DNA of 58,353 nt. It comes from a virus. Its lineage: Duplodnaviria > Caudoviricetes. Of this stretch, positions 7,984 to 17,927 are shown in pieces (positions within the stretch are counted from its first letter, which is position 1; each line of letters starts with the position of its first letter). A program made the translations under genes and the position numbers. Where the stretch lies: IMG/VR virus record IMGVR_UViG_3300020283_000004, positions 1 through 58,353 of that record; one strand, written 5' to 3'. The notes beneath the pieces are model-generated. The model saw only the letters and a list, made by a program, of their open reading frames with translations, searched no databases and had not been told where the DNA came from.

Positions 7984-9758
7984 TGGACCCGTTAGCGTAC
8001 CAGACCTACCTTAATAGCCTGCTGAGTGATGATGAGCTCTACTTCTATGAGTGTTTGAAGATTGTAGAGTTTGGTACAAAGCAGTTAATCCCCTTTAAAT
8101 TGAATAATGTGCAGAAGATCCTGCACGACATGGCAGAATCCCAGAAGAAGGATGATGACCATATACGCATGATTGTGCTGAAAGCACGTAGATTTGGAAT
8201 ATCTACCTACATACAGGCACGTTTGTTTAAGAAATGCGCCACTCAGTATAACAAGACCGTCCATATTGCCACGCATGACCGTTCAACGTCTGACACCATG
8301 TTCCAGATGACTAGGATTATGGAGCAGAATTACCCAAAGCTGATAAAGCCAGAGGTAATGTATAGCGGAAAGCGTGAATTGATGTGGGCCTCAGAGGAAG
8401 GAGGTGGTTTAAATAGTAAATATGGGCTTAGTTCTGTAGGGGGTGCTGAGGTAAGAGGGGATGCTATTGATTTTTTGCACTGTTCAGAGATAAGTAGCTG
8501 GGGTGAAAGGGCTAGAGAGTTCTCTATCGGGTTGCAGAACTGCGTATTATCTGGTTTTGAAACAGAAATATGGCTAGAAAGCACTGCGAAGGGTGTAGGT
8601 AATTTTTTCTATGACGAATTCTGGAGAGCATGGGAGGGGAAATCTGGTTTTAGGGCAGCATTCTTTCCATGGTTCATCTTTCCTGAGTACAAAACCCCAC
8701 TAAATGAGAAAGAACTTCTTGATGACAAGTTTTTGAATAGTTTAGGGACTGAGAGAAGGTATGGTGGTAAGGAAGAGTTAGACTTATTAGGAGTCACTAA
8801 GACGTATAAAACGGATTCTGCGGAATATAAGTTTGAAATTACAGCAGAGCACCTGAAATGGAGAAGAAGGTGTATTGATACGCAGTGCCAGGGGGATCTT
8901 TTGATGTTTAACCAAGAGTACCCAGTAACAGAAGAGAGTGCATTTGTCACTTCTGGGAGATCTGTCTTTGACCTACAGGTTCTTAACAGCATGTTACTGA
9001 GAACTAACGAATTAATGACTACAAAGCCCCCAGAAAAGTACAGAGTCCCAGTAAACGACTACCGCACAAACATGAGTATGCGTGAAATGCGCTATTACCT
9101 CGACCCTGACGACCTTGGGGAGCTTACTATCTGGAGCCACCCTATAGCAGAGAGGGAGTACCGCATAGGTTGTGACGTGTCAGAAGGAATTGAGCGCGCA
9201 AACAGGGATACAGACTATTCAGTAGTCGTAGTAATAGAAGCGCAGACGCTCGAAGAATGTGCAATGTGGCGTGGGAAGCTCGATCCTGACCTTCTCGCGT
9301 GGGTATTGACGACTATCGGTAAATACTACAACGAAAGCTTGATAGGGGTAGAACGCAACAACCACGGATTGACTACGCTAACTTGTCTGAGAAACGTTCA
9401 TAACTACCCAAACCTTTACTATGAGCGAGTTCTTGATGAGAGAACAGCGCGTAAGCAGAAGAAGCTAGGGTGGAACACAACATTGAAATCTAAGCCCCTA
9501 CTTGTAAACCATCTGCGGGAATTGATACGGGAAGAGCAAATTGAGATACGCAGTAAAGAGATTATACATGAACTAAATTCATTCTCTCATCACCCAGATG
9601 GAAAGATGGCAGCACAACAAGGGAGACATGATGATACCGTGATAGCCCTTGGTATTGCTTTAATGATGGCGCAACTGTATCCCCCATCTATGCGCTCAAG
9701 ATTTCTGAAAGAACGTCAGAAGATAGAGAATACGATCCCACTGTTTGAGTACCAGTGA
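7983..9758 (+). CDS. terL: Terminase large subunit
   Basis: LKARRFGIST, FLHCSE, ESTAKG, IGCDVSEG..DYS, VERNNHG and HDDTVIA motifs. Confidence 0.95.
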   Translation: MDPLAYQTYLNSLLSDDELYFYECLKIVEFGTKQLIPFKLNNVQKILHDMAESQKKDDDHIRMIVLKARRFGISTYIQARLFKKCATQYNKTVHIATHDRSTSDTMFQMTRIMEQNYPKLIKPEVMYSGKRELMWASEEGGGLNSKYGLSSVGGAEVRGDAIDFLHCSEISSWGERAREFSIGLQNCVLSGFETEIWLESTAKGVGNFFYDEFWRAWEGKSGFRAAFFPWFIFPEYKTPLNEKELLDDKFLNSLGTERRYGGKEELDLLGVTKTYKTDSAEYKFEITAEHLKWRRRCIDTQCQGDLLMFNQEYPVTEESAFVTSGRSVFDLQVLNSMLLRTNELMTTKPPEKYRVPVNDYRTNMSMREMRYYLDPDDLGELTIWSHPIAEREYRIGCDVSEGIERANRDTDYSVVVVIEAQTLEECAMWRGKLDPDLLAWVLTTIGKYYNESLIGVERNNHGLTTLTCLRNVHNYPNLYYERVLDERTARKQKKLGWNTTLKSKPLLVNHLRELIREEQIEIRSKEIIHELNSFSHHPDGKMAAQQGRHDDTVIALGIALMMAQLYPPSMRSRFLKERQKIENTIPLFEYQ

Positions 9759-9790
9759 TATACAAGTGTAGTTTATTTTTTAGAGATAAG

Positions 9791-9819
9791 TTGACAAATA
9801 TTAAACTTGCTAGTAAAAA
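9791..9819 (+). promoter_or_regulatory. Putative promoter for the structural operon
   Basis: TTGACA-N17-TAAAAA (imperfect -10). Confidence 0.45.
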
Positions 9820-9832
9820 AGTATCTATAGTT

Positions 9833-9943
9833 ATGGGCGAGGACTCGATGTGCGGAAGTTGGTCTTAACTAAGGCTGAGCTCAATTAACTGACGCATAGG
9901 TCGGGAAACCTAAGTGAGTCCTCGGTTCATTTTTTTTGAACCG
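9833..9943 (+). ncRNA. Structured leader or small RNA upstream of the structural genes
   Basis: CGAGGACTC(9838-46) pairs with GAGTCCTCG(9916-24) around internal hairpins, followed by T8. An alternative CGGTTCA/TGAACCG hairpin is possible. Confidence 0.55.
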
Positions 9944-9964
9944 TTCATAATACGAAAGGACAAT

Positions 9965-10555
9965 ATGTCTTCATTGAACACTTCTTTTTGGCATAAGGGT
10001 CAAAGAGATCTTATTGTAAGTCAGCCTCTCGGGAAACTTGGTTTTTCGATGAATGCTTCTGAACAAACTTCATGGTCAGCAATTCCCGTTATGATAGCTG
10101 GTAATATATACACCTTAACGGATGATGCTGCTGGATCTGATACAGTCTTGAATACAACAAACTTTACAGCAGGTTTGCATGCAAACAATCCTGTAAAAAC
10201 TAGAAATGATGACAGTACAAATGGTGATGTCTTTGTTAGACAGAACTTCCTCGGACTATCGGTTCCTGCTTTGAGCCAAGTTCGATGTATTGTTACTATT
10301 TCTGGGGCTCCAACTAATATAACAACGACAAGGGCTGGTATGCACTTTTACGCTGGAGAGATTGTCTCAAACACTGCTACAGCGAAAAGACCTGAGTTAG
10401 ATCTTTCAGCCGAGTGTCCAATTGTTGAAATTCATTATGTCAATACGACAAATAGTGCTTTGGCAGTTGGAGCAGCTACTTCCGCAGAATTAATGGGTGG
10501 AGGTACTTCTACAGCAGGATCAATCACTGACATTGGAAGAATTCCATCTGACTGA
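9965..10555 (+). CDS. Putative virion structural protein
   Basis: AAGGA RBS before ATG 9965; T/S/G/A-rich; lies between terL and portal. Confidence 0.6.
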   Translation: MSSLNTSFWHKGQRDLIVSQPLGKLGFSMNASEQTSWSAIPVMIAGNIYTLTDDAAGSDTVLNTTNFTAGLHANNPVKTRNDDSTNGDVFVRQNFLGLSVPALSQVRCIVTISGAPTNITTTRAGMHFYAGEIVSNTATAKRPELDLSAECPIVEIHYVNTTNSALAVGAATSAELMGGGTSTAGSITDIGRIPSD

Positions 10556-10627
10556 GAAAGTTGGGGGTGAGGGTGAACCGATCCCCCTTCAAACCCTCTC
10601 GGTTTGCTAGTAGCCCCCACGTAAGCT

Positions 10628-12745
10628 ATGGCTGAAATGCTTAACAACAACGAGATGATGGTTGAAATGGAAATTCCATTTGAGCCTGATAGTCTTGCAG
10701 AGATGGTTCAAAGCTATTTCCAGCAAGCTAAAGAATATCGAGTTGATGAAGAGCAGATTTGGAAAGAAGCACACGATGCGTTTAGGTCTACACATCCTGA
10801 GCGCATTGATGCTGTTCATAGCTTAGCGCAAAAGCGTGGAGTTTTTATTCATCTGGTGAGGCGCAGAGTCAATAGCGCAAAAGTCAAAATATCCTCTTTG
10901 TTATTCGAGTCTGGGAAAGTCCCATTCGATATTACCCCAAACTTGAAGCCTAAGTTCATATCTCCTGATCTTGCTCAGTTACCTCCAGAGCTTATGTATG
11001 AAGAGGTAAAGATGAGAGCAGAGCGAATGGAAAAGGAGATAAGAGATGTACTCACTAAAAGTGATTACGTGGGTGTAATTAATGATTCGATATTAGAGAT
11101 GTGCTTATATGGGACTGGTTGTACAAAAGCTGTAGTCCTTAAAAACCACAACTACCCAGTCTATAAGACAGCGAAAGAAGATCCTATTCTAGTAGAAGCT
11201 GAGGACTTTATTGAATCAGAGCTCATCCCGATGGTTGAGTTTGTCTCTTGTTGGGATTTATTCCCCACTCCTGAAGCGACAAGTATTGAAAATGCAGATT
11301 GGGTAATTCAGAGAGCATTTTATTCACAACAAGAATTAAGAAACCTTTCTGACCAAAATGGTTTTATCCCAGAAGCAATAGAAGAAGCAATCTCTACAGG
11401 CAGTGGTATTGAATACGGATCAGATCAGTCAGAGTCTCCTGTCAGGTATAATAGAAACAGGGGAGAAAGAATTAAAAAGTTTCAGGTTCTTGAGATGTGG
11501 GGAGAGTTTCCCATAGAAGATCTTGAAAAGTACATGGATATTCCTGAAGGAATAAAAGCAAACCTTTCAGTTTGTGTAACAGTTTGTGGTGGTAAAGTAA
11601 TACGTGTGGTTATGAATCCTTTTGATGGAAGGATTCCTTACGACATGTGTTATTGGGAAAGGAACCCTGAGTCTATTTGGGGGGATGGCATTTATTTTAG
11701 CATTAGGGATCTTCAAGACATCACCAACTTTGCCTTTGCTCAAATGGTTGAAGGTAAAGCTCTTGCCTCTAATCCAATGTCTGTCATCGACCCCCAAGCT
11801 TTTGATGATGGTGAAGACTTGGAAGATATACGACCTGGCAAAATGATACGTGTACGCCCAGGAAACGATGTCAACTCAGCTTTTCGCCCAGTCATTATCC
11901 CAGATGTTACATCAGGATTAGATAATTTAATACAGATGGTTGAGAGACAGGCTGATATTGCATCAGGCCAGTCAGCGATAGGGATGGGGGAATCATCTGC
12001 TTATCAAACGAAAACAGCTACTGGGATGAGCATCCTTCAGTCTAACAGTAACAAGTTGACAGCAGAAGTTGTTCGTTCTGTAAGCAACATGATCAGTAAA
12101 AATGTGCAAGCAGTCTATCACTGGTTGATGGCTGATAGTGATGACCTAATGATTAAAGGTGATTATGATGCACAGTCTACAGGGTTTATGCAGTATGTTG
12201 CGAAGGAAGTACACAATACTCAGTTACTAAATCTTTTAAACATACTTGGACAAAATCCAGATCTTAGGGCTCACGTTAAGATGAATGCTTTGGTTCGCCC
12301 AATCTTTAGGGCTTTTTCACTAGACCCAGAAGGAATGGTGATGACTCCAGATGAAAAGATTGAAGAAGATCAAATGCAGCAACAAATGGCAATGCAGCTT
12401 AAGCAATATGAAGAAGAAAGTAAGATGAACCAAAGTGTTTCTGATGCACTTCTTAAAGAAAAAATGGCTGTATCTGCTGATCAAAGAAAAGCAGACATGC
12501 GTGAGCGTGAGATTCTTATGAGTCAGGGTAATGTACTCTCAAGACCTACAGATTATGAAAATGATTCTATTCTGCTCAAAGAGCAAAAGATGCAAGAGCA
12601 GGAGCAAGAGATTATGGCTGAGATGCAGAATCAATCTCAGGATGCAGAATTAGATCAAATGGAGCAGGAGCTCGAAAATATGGAGCAAGCTGGGGCAAGA
12701 ATACCGACTACCCCTGCGGAGGGATCACCTGCGCCCATTAACTAA
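10628..12745 (+). CDS. Portal protein (P22/podovirus-like)
   Basis: 705 aa; MCLYGTG, VSCWDLFP.P.A, SIWGDGI, TATGMSIL motifs; Q-rich C-terminal barrel; genomic position. Confidence 0.92.
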   Translation: MAEMLNNNEMMVEMEIPFEPDSLAEMVQSYFQQAKEYRVDEEQIWKEAHDAFRSTHPERIDAVHSLAQKRGVFIHLVRRRVNSAKVKISSLLFESGKVPFDITPNLKPKFISPDLAQLPPELMYEEVKMRAERMEKEIRDVLTKSDYVGVINDSILEMCLYGTGCTKAVVLKNHNYPVYKTAKEDPILVEAEDFIESELIPMVEFVSCWDLFPTPEATSIENADWVIQRAFYSQQELRNLSDQNGFIPEAIEEAISTGSGIEYGSDQSESPVRYNRNRGERIKKFQVLEMWGEFPIEDLEKYMDIPEGIKANLSVCVTVCGGKVIRVVMNPFDGRIPYDMCYWERNPESIWGDGIYFSIRDLQDITNFAFAQMVEGKALASNPMSVIDPQAFDDGEDLEDIRPGKMIRVRPGNDVNSAFRPVIIPDVTSGLDNLIQMVERQADIASGQSAIGMGESSAYQTKTATGMSILQSNSNKLTAEVVRSVSNMISKNVQAVYHWLMADSDDLMIKGDYDAQSTGFMQYVAKEVHNTQLLNLLNILGQNPDLRAHVKMNALVRPIFRAFSLDPEGMVMTPDEKIEEDQMQQQMAMQLKQYEEESKMNQSVSDALLKEKMAVSADQRKADMREREILMSQGNVLSRPTDYENDSILLKEQKMQEQEQEIMAEMQNQSQDAELDQMEQELENMEQAGARIPTTPAEGSPAPIN

Positions 12746-12983
12746 ACCAGATTCTGGCGCGATTGCCAGATTAGACTCTGACCCTCGGTGGTTGGAGTTT
12801 GTTAAGTTTATAGAGTCTGAAGTGAATGAAAAACTTAACCTCCTTGGTACGAGAAAGTTGGTCACAGAAGACGATGTAGCAAAAGCCAATGTGATGATTG
12901 GTGAAATAAAAGCTTTGCGAGAAATCGCAGAGACACCCGCTAAACTAGCGGATAGGGAGATAAAGGGTCTCCCATCTGGATAG
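12729..12983 (+). CDS. Small conserved-type protein between portal and scaffold
   Basis: The frame is open upstream of 12792, and GGAGGG lies 5 nt before CTG 12729. Confidence 0.6.
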   Translation: MRPLTKPDSGAIARLDSDPRWLEFVKFIESEVNEKLNLLGTRKLVTEDDVAKANVMIGEIKALREIAETPAKLADREIKGLPSG

Positions 12984-13012
12984 CATGCTAACCCAGGAAC
13001 CATGAAGGGATA

Positions 13013-13930
13013 ATGGCAGAACAAGAACAACAGGAATTTACAGCTAGTTGGGAAGAAACACCTGAATACGGAAACAACGAACCCCCCGTACCCGCAGAGG
13101 AAACTCCGCAGATCGAGGCGCAGGTTGAGGAAACCGTAGCCGAAGAGGTTGAAGAAGAGGTTGAAGAAACTGAATCGGATACTGATTGGCAAGACAGGTA
13201 TAAAAATCTTGAACAATCACATTCTAGGCGTGGGAACGAGCTTCATAAACTGAAGCAAGAACAAGACGCTGCACGACTGGAAAAACTTGAGATGCAACAA
13301 CGCATGCTTGAGTTGGAACAAAAGGTAAAGGATGTTGATAGTTTACGAGAACAAGTTGACAGCAAACCTGACCCACTTGATGAAAGTATTTTCTACACAG
13401 ATGAAGAGAAACAGGTTCTTAAAGACTACCCAGAGTTATTGGGGGTTGCTAAGAAAATGGCTCAACGTGAGGCTCAAATGTCATTTCGTAAGATTGACAC
13501 CAAGCCTACACAAGAAGATGTGTTTAAATACGAAGAAATGCAAAAAGAGGTGGATGAGTTAAAAGCTCATATACGTCTGGAGCAGGCTAAGGCTGAACTT
13601 GATCGAAGGATTACACCTGACTGGAGAGTAATTGATGAAAACCCGAAGTTTTTTGATTATGTCAATAAATCCCCATTGCTTACACAAGCAATGAATCACG
13701 GTACTTTGGACGAGAAGGCAGAGGTATTTAAGATGTATATGGATTCCGAGGAAGGCCAGAAGATCTTAGGTAAGGTAGAACAGCCCTCCCCTACTCAAAC
13801 CCAAAACGATGACCGTAGAAAAGCAGCCCAGGGATTAGTCAGGGGCCAAACTCGTGATACCAAACCTACGGGTTCGTTATCTATAGATGAAGAGTGGGCA
13901 AAAGCTCCTGAATATCAATGGGGTACATAA
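13013..13930 (+). CDS. Capsid scaffolding protein
   Basis: Acidic N-terminus, WQDRYKNL, coiled coil and PDW motif; precedes the major capsid gene. Confidence 0.8.
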   Translation: MAEQEQQEFTASWEETPEYGNNEPPVPAEETPQIEAQVEETVAEEVEEEVEETESDTDWQDRYKNLEQSHSRRGNELHKLKQEQDAARLEKLEMQQRMLELEQKVKDVDSLREQVDSKPDPLDESIFYTDEEKQVLKDYPELLGVAKKMAQREAQMSFRKIDTKPTQEDVFKYEEMQKEVDELKAHIRLEQAKAELDRRITPDWRVIDENPKFFDYVNKSPLLTQAMNHGTLDEKAEVFKMYMDSEEGQKILGKVEQPSPTQTQNDDRRKAAQGLVRGQTRDTKPTGSLSIDEEWAKAPEYQWGT

Positions 13931-13959
13931 ACCACTAATGTTCAATATAGGATAATAAA

Positions 13960-15084
13960 ATGGCAGTTCAACCATATCAGGCTGGAACAAACGGTGGCAC
14001 TGGGGTTCTCTCATCGACTTCGGGATACGGGGCGAAATATGGTGAGCTTAGTGCAGCCGATGCGTTCACTATTCAAAAGAAGTTTCTTGCAATCAGCAAG
14101 CAACTCATTACCATGGCTCGTTTTGCACAAAAAGATACCAAGCCTTTGAATGAAGGAAGGGATATCAGGTTTCGCAGATATGAGCGTTTTGCTGTAAACA
14201 CTACTGAAATCAGCGAAGGAGTTACTCCTACAAGCGATAGTCTACAGCAGACTACAATCAAAGCCACTTTAGCTCAGTACGGAGCTTGGGTTCCTGTGAC
14301 TGATGTTATGTTGGCCTTGTCAACTGATCCCATTGTAGCTCAGATTACTGAGCGTCAAGCCATTCAGATGGCAGAGCAGATGGATACTTTGGCTTACAAT
14401 AAGTTCAAAGCCACCTCATCTGTTTTCTATCAGGATGGTTCCACATTTGATGGAGGGTTTTCCGCAGTTGATAAAGCAATTGGTGGTAATACCGCTTATG
14501 TAGCACCAGGAGGAAGTGGGACTGATGCTAAGATTTTGGCTGCGGTAGTTCGTTTCTTGGAAAAGAACAACGCTCAAAAAATTTCTCAGGTGATTAAGCC
14601 AACTTCTGGCTACAACACCGAACCAGTAGCTGAAGGTTACTTCGCTATTACACATCCGGACGCACGTGCTGATATTGAGGCAATGCCAGGGTTTACCCCG
14701 ATTGAGAAGTACGCTTCTTATGGTGCTGTAATGGCAGGGGAGATCGGTAAGGTAGGTCTGATTAGATTTATCGCTACCACACTTGCCACGCCTTATGAGC
14801 AGTCAGAGCAGACTGGAAGCAGCACTGCAAATTCTTTACGAACAAATGCTGATGGTAATGTCAAAGTCTACACAACTCTTGTGTTCGCTCAGGATGCTGT
14901 TGGTTGTGTAAGCTTGTCTGGACAAGACAGCGTTGTCCCAAAGGTGATTAGCCCAACTCCTTCAAGTGAAGATCCACTTGGACAGAGGGGCGCGGTGGGA
15001 TATTCCTACCATTACACCTGTCTCGTGCTCAACGATAATAACATGGCTCGTATCCATCACGGTGTAACTAACGTAGGTGGATGA
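13960..15084 (+). CDS. Major capsid protein, N4-gp56 family
   Basis: IRFRRY, SEGVTP, LAQYG, HPD...DI, GEIG and DPLGQRG.VG motifs. Confidence 0.93.
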   Translation: MAVQPYQAGTNGGTGVLSSTSGYGAKYGELSAADAFTIQKKFLAISKQLITMARFAQKDTKPLNEGRDIRFRRYERFAVNTTEISEGVTPTSDSLQQTTIKATLAQYGAWVPVTDVMLALSTDPIVAQITERQAIQMAEQMDTLAYNKFKATSSVFYQDGSTFDGGFSAVDKAIGGNTAYVAPGGSGTDAKILAAVVRFLEKNNAQKISQVIKPTSGYNTEPVAEGYFAITHPDARADIEAMPGFTPIEKYASYGAVMAGEIGKVGLIRFIATTLATPYEQSEQTGSSTANSLRTNADGNVKVYTTLVFAQDAVGCVSLSGQDSVVPKVISPTPSSEDPLGQRGAVGYSYHYTCLVLNDNNMARIHHGVTNVGG

Positions 15085-15506
15085 CCAACCAGGAATCGGG
15101 GGAAAGAATCGTTATTATTAATGATTCTTCTCCTGATTATTCGTTGATAAGGATCACGAAAAGTGATCTTGAAGTACACGGCAAGATTAATCCTCACTTC
15201 AGTAAGGACATCTTGCTACCAAACTATTCTCTCCCCACCAAGATTCGGGTGGTATGCCAGGAGCCTTTTGGGGAGGGAGTATTCATTTCAGTGGGGAGGG
15301 TCTCGCCATTCCGAGAGCCTGGGTTTTTTATAAACGAAACTGAATTGGAATCTCCAAAAGAATTAAACTCAAAAATAACTTCTTTGTTTATCCCACTAGA
15401 TCCCAAAGCTGGGTATCTAAGGCTGGAGATGCACTGCAAGAAAGACCCAATAGGTGGGTTGTTGTGGTGTGAAACAGAGTTCAGATTTCCAACAGAAAGG
15501 TACTGA
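15081..15506 (+). CDS. Hypothetical protein
   Basis: ATGA overlap with the capsid gene. Confidence 0.65.
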   Translation: MTNQESGERIVIINDSSPDYSLIRITKSDLEVHGKINPHFSKDILLPNYSLPTKIRVVCQEPFGEGVFISVGRVSPFREPGFFINETELESPKELNSKITSLFIPLDPKAGYLRLEMHCKKDPIGGLLWCETEFRFPTERY

Positions 15507-15958
15507 TGTCTACACTACCAAAAATAAAAAGCAAATCTGGTAACAAACATTTGGATGATGCTCTAAATTTAGAGTTTGGAATTCCTGTCACAGACAAGTT
15601 AGCAATACCAGTAGAGAAAGATTTAAAAAATGTTCCTGAAGGCTATGCTGTAATTGTACTTGATTACGGTGATCAGCCAGCATACATGTATCCTCAACCA
15701 GTTGCTGTAGGTGGGGAAACTATTTGGATTCCTAGGGCATCACGAAGAGCTATCCCAATGTCATACTTGGAAGCATTGCTTGGGTGTAAAGAAACAGAAT
15801 TATTTCAAGCAAAGCCAGGAGTGACTGGGGTTGAGTATGAAAAGAATCGTTTTAACGTTCAGATCCTCAAACTCCCAGAAGGTAAAGCCCAAGAGATTAA
15901 ATCAAAGAATCAGTCAATTCGTGATAAAGCAGAACAACAACAGATACACGTTGGATAG
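15506..15958 (+). CDS. Hypothetical protein (head module)
   Basis: V.VGG...WIPR.....IP..Y.E.L pattern like proteins found after N4-type capsid genes. Confidence 0.7.
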   Translation: MSTLPKIKSKSGNKHLDDALNLEFGIPVTDKLAIPVEKDLKNVPEGYAVIVLDYGDQPAYMYPQPVAVGGETIWIPRASRRAIPMSYLEALLGCKETELFQAKPGVTGVEYEKNRFNVQILKLPEGKAQEIKSKNQSIRDKAEQQQIHVG

Positions 15959-15960
15959 TA

Positions 15961-16236
15961 ATGACTATTGAAGTTGCAGGTGAAAAGTTTAGCGGTTATA
16001 ACAAACCCAAACGAACTCCAAAGCATCCCAAAAAAAGCCATGCTGTAGCAGCGAAAGAAGGGGATAAGGTAAGGCTTATTCGTTTTGGTCAGCAAGGTGT
16101 ACGGGGTGCAGGGAAGAACCCTAAGTCAGCAAAAGACAAAGCAAGGAAAAAAAGCTATTATGCTAGACACAATGCTCAGGGCAAGCCTACAACTAAGCTT
16201 TCAGCAAAATACTGGTCGCATAAAGTAAAGTGGTAA
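15961..16236 (+). CDS. Small basic phage protein
   Basis: KKSHAV...IRFGQQG...KSYYARH...SAKYWS...KW pattern familiar from marine phages. Confidence 0.8.
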   Translation: MTIEVAGEKFSGYNKPKRTPKHPKKSHAVAAKEGDKVRLIRFGQQGVRGAGKNPKSAKDKARKKSYYARHNAQGKPTTKLSAKYWSHKVKW

Positions 16237-16237
16237 T

Positions 16238-16408
16238 ATGTCCAAAAACGTACCGAATAATCCATCATTGTGGAGCCGTGTAAAAGCTCAGGCTAAAGCC
16301 AAATATAAGGTTTACCCCTCCGCTTACGCGAATGGCTGGGCAGCACGCGAGTACAAGAAACGTGGTGGAACGTGGAGAACCAAAACATCTTCTAAGAAGA
16401 AAAAGTAA
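16238..16408 (+). CDS. Small basic phage protein (56 aa)
   Basis: NPSLWSRVK..AK.KYKVYPSAYANGW...EYKKRGG.W; absent from the ORF track. Confidence 0.8.
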   Translation: MSKNVPNNPSLWSRVKAQAKAKYKVYPSAYANGWAAREYKKRGGTWRTKTSSKKKK

Positions 16409-16539
16409 TGCCTTATAGCAAGTATAGTAAAAAGCAAAAAAAGTTGGCTGCTGTAGCTCCACCCAGAAAGAAAATCACTGGGGCAGACCTAAAGGCGTTG
16501 AGCAAAAAGAATGGCAAGAGCAAGAGGCGGTCTAAGTAA
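16408..16539 (+). CDS. Small basic protein (43 aa)
   Basis: TAATG overlap; MPYSKYSKKQKKLAAVAPPRKKITGADLKAL... Confidence 0.7.
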   Translation: MPYSKYSKKQKKLAAVAPPRKKITGADLKALSKKNGKSKRRSK

Positions 16540-16780
16540 ATGGTTTAAAGAAGAGTGGGTAGACATCTCCAGAAAGAAAAAAGGAGGTGGACACCCGCCA
16601 TGTGGAAGAAAGAAAGCAAAGACTTCGAGTAGTGGATATCCTAAATGCGTCCCAAAAAGTAAGGCCAGCAAGATGTCTGCTTCTCAGAAAAAGAGTGCGG
16701 TACAGCGTAAGCGTGCCAAACCACAGGGGGTAGGAGGGAAACCAACCAATGTTAAAACTTTAGTTAAGAAAAGGAAATGA
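16511..16780 (+). CDS. Small basic phage protein (DUF5872-like)
   Basis: GLSKWFKEEWVDI...CGR...YPKCVP motif. Confidence 0.75.
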   Translation: MARARGGLSKWFKEEWVDISRKKKGGGHPPCGRKKAKTSSSGYPKCVPKSKASKMSASQKKSAVQRKRAKPQGVGGKPTNVKTLVKKRK

Positions 16781-16917
16781 TGTACGGAACCCCAATGAAA
16801 AAGAAGAAAAAGAAAACAGGTGTCATGAGTTATATGAAGAAGCCTGTTCGTGGTACTAAAAAGACCATGATGAAAAATGGTGCTAAAAAAACCATGATGA
16901 AGAAAAAAACTAAATAA
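16777..16917 (+). CDS. Lys/Met-rich micro-protein (46 aa)
   Basis: ATGA and TAATG overlaps at the two ends. Confidence 0.65.
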   Translation: MMYGTPMKKKKKKTGVMSYMKKPVRGTKKTMMKNGAKKTMMKKKTK

Positions 16918-17927
16918 TGACTCGTAAAGACCTGAGACAAAGAGTCGAGAGACTTTTACAGGATAACGAAAACAAGCGGTGGTCGGACTCTGAGATTAAT
17001 GGGTATCTTGATGATGCTCAGACAGAGTTTTGTAGATTATCTAAAGTACCCAAAGTTTCTGTTGTTCAGAATCTTGTTGATGTAACAAAAAGGTTTACGT
17101 CAGCAAGTCTCTCTATCTCAAGCAAGACTGTCACGGTAACGCTTGGGGGCTCTGACACCCACACATTAGTTGAGAATGATTCAGTATTAATTACTGGGAG
17201 TTCTAACAATGACATAAACGGGGCTCAGGTTATTACGTCTGCGACATCAGGGACGAACACGTTTTCGTTTGTTCTTGATAATGCTAGCTCAGGGACTGAG
17301 ACAGGGATAACCGTACTTGAGACAGGCCCATTCATAGACACACCGTCTTCCATTCTAGAGTTGCAGTCTGTTTACTTGGACGACCGTGAACTAGCGATTT
17401 ATACGGAGTCTCAGTTAAACAATGTTTCTAATCGTAATAATTCATCGGGGAGATATTTGCAGACTGTCCTTGGGGCTACTCCTCACCCCTTTAATAACAT
17501 GTCACTGTATAGAAGCAGTAAATGGAAAAAGGTAGAGGGTGAGATTGAAGGTATAATAATTTCAGAAAGATCTGCTAGCTCTTTTAGATTGTTTCCACTT
17601 CCTAGTAAAGAAGAGCATGTATATTTTGATAAAGATGCCAGTGCAAAAGTTTCTCTCAGACTTGTTGTCAGAGGTGTAAGAGATCCTGATAACTTGTCTA
17701 CAGACACTTCTGTCCCTTCTATACCAGAGCAATATCAGGAAGGGTTAGTGTTTGGTGCTCTTGAAAGAGCATATCTAAAAGAGTCACAACTAAGAAATGT
17801 AGAAAAGTCTGGACTATATAAGACTAAGTTTATGAACTATGTGAGCGATGCGATTAGGAATGAGAATCTTAATTCAACATCGATTACAATGGGAAGAAAC
17901 CAGGCACAGCTTAGAGTTTACAGATAA
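16917..17927 (+). CDS. Head-tail adaptor-like protein with beta-rich insertion
   Basis: LLQD...RWSDSEINGYLDDAQ.EFCR at the N-terminus and P.IPEQYQE.LV.GAL.RAYLKE at the C-terminus. Confidence 0.7.
   Translation: MTRKDLRQRVERLLQDNENKRWSDSEINGYLDDAQTEFCRLSKVPKVSVVQNLVDVTKRFTSASLSISSKTVTVTLGGSDTHTLVENDSVLITGSSNNDINGAQVITSATSGTNTFSFVLDNASSGTETGITVLETGPFIDTPSSILELQSVYLDDRELAIYTESQLNNVSNRNNSSGRYLQTVLGATPHPFNNMSLYRSSKWKKVEGEIEGIIISERSASSFRLFPLPSKEEHVYFDKDASAKVSLRLVVRGVRDPDNLSTDTSVPSIPEQYQEGLVFGALERAYLKESQLRNVEKSGLYKTKFMNYVSDAIRNENLNSTSITMGRNQAQLRVYR

Noticed and set aside
14062-14079. Partial gapped self-match of the decoded 46975-47094 unit to the capsid gene (11 of 12 bases over six dinucleotides)
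   Set aside because: The flanking dinucleotides do not match, and a hit this short is expected by chance.
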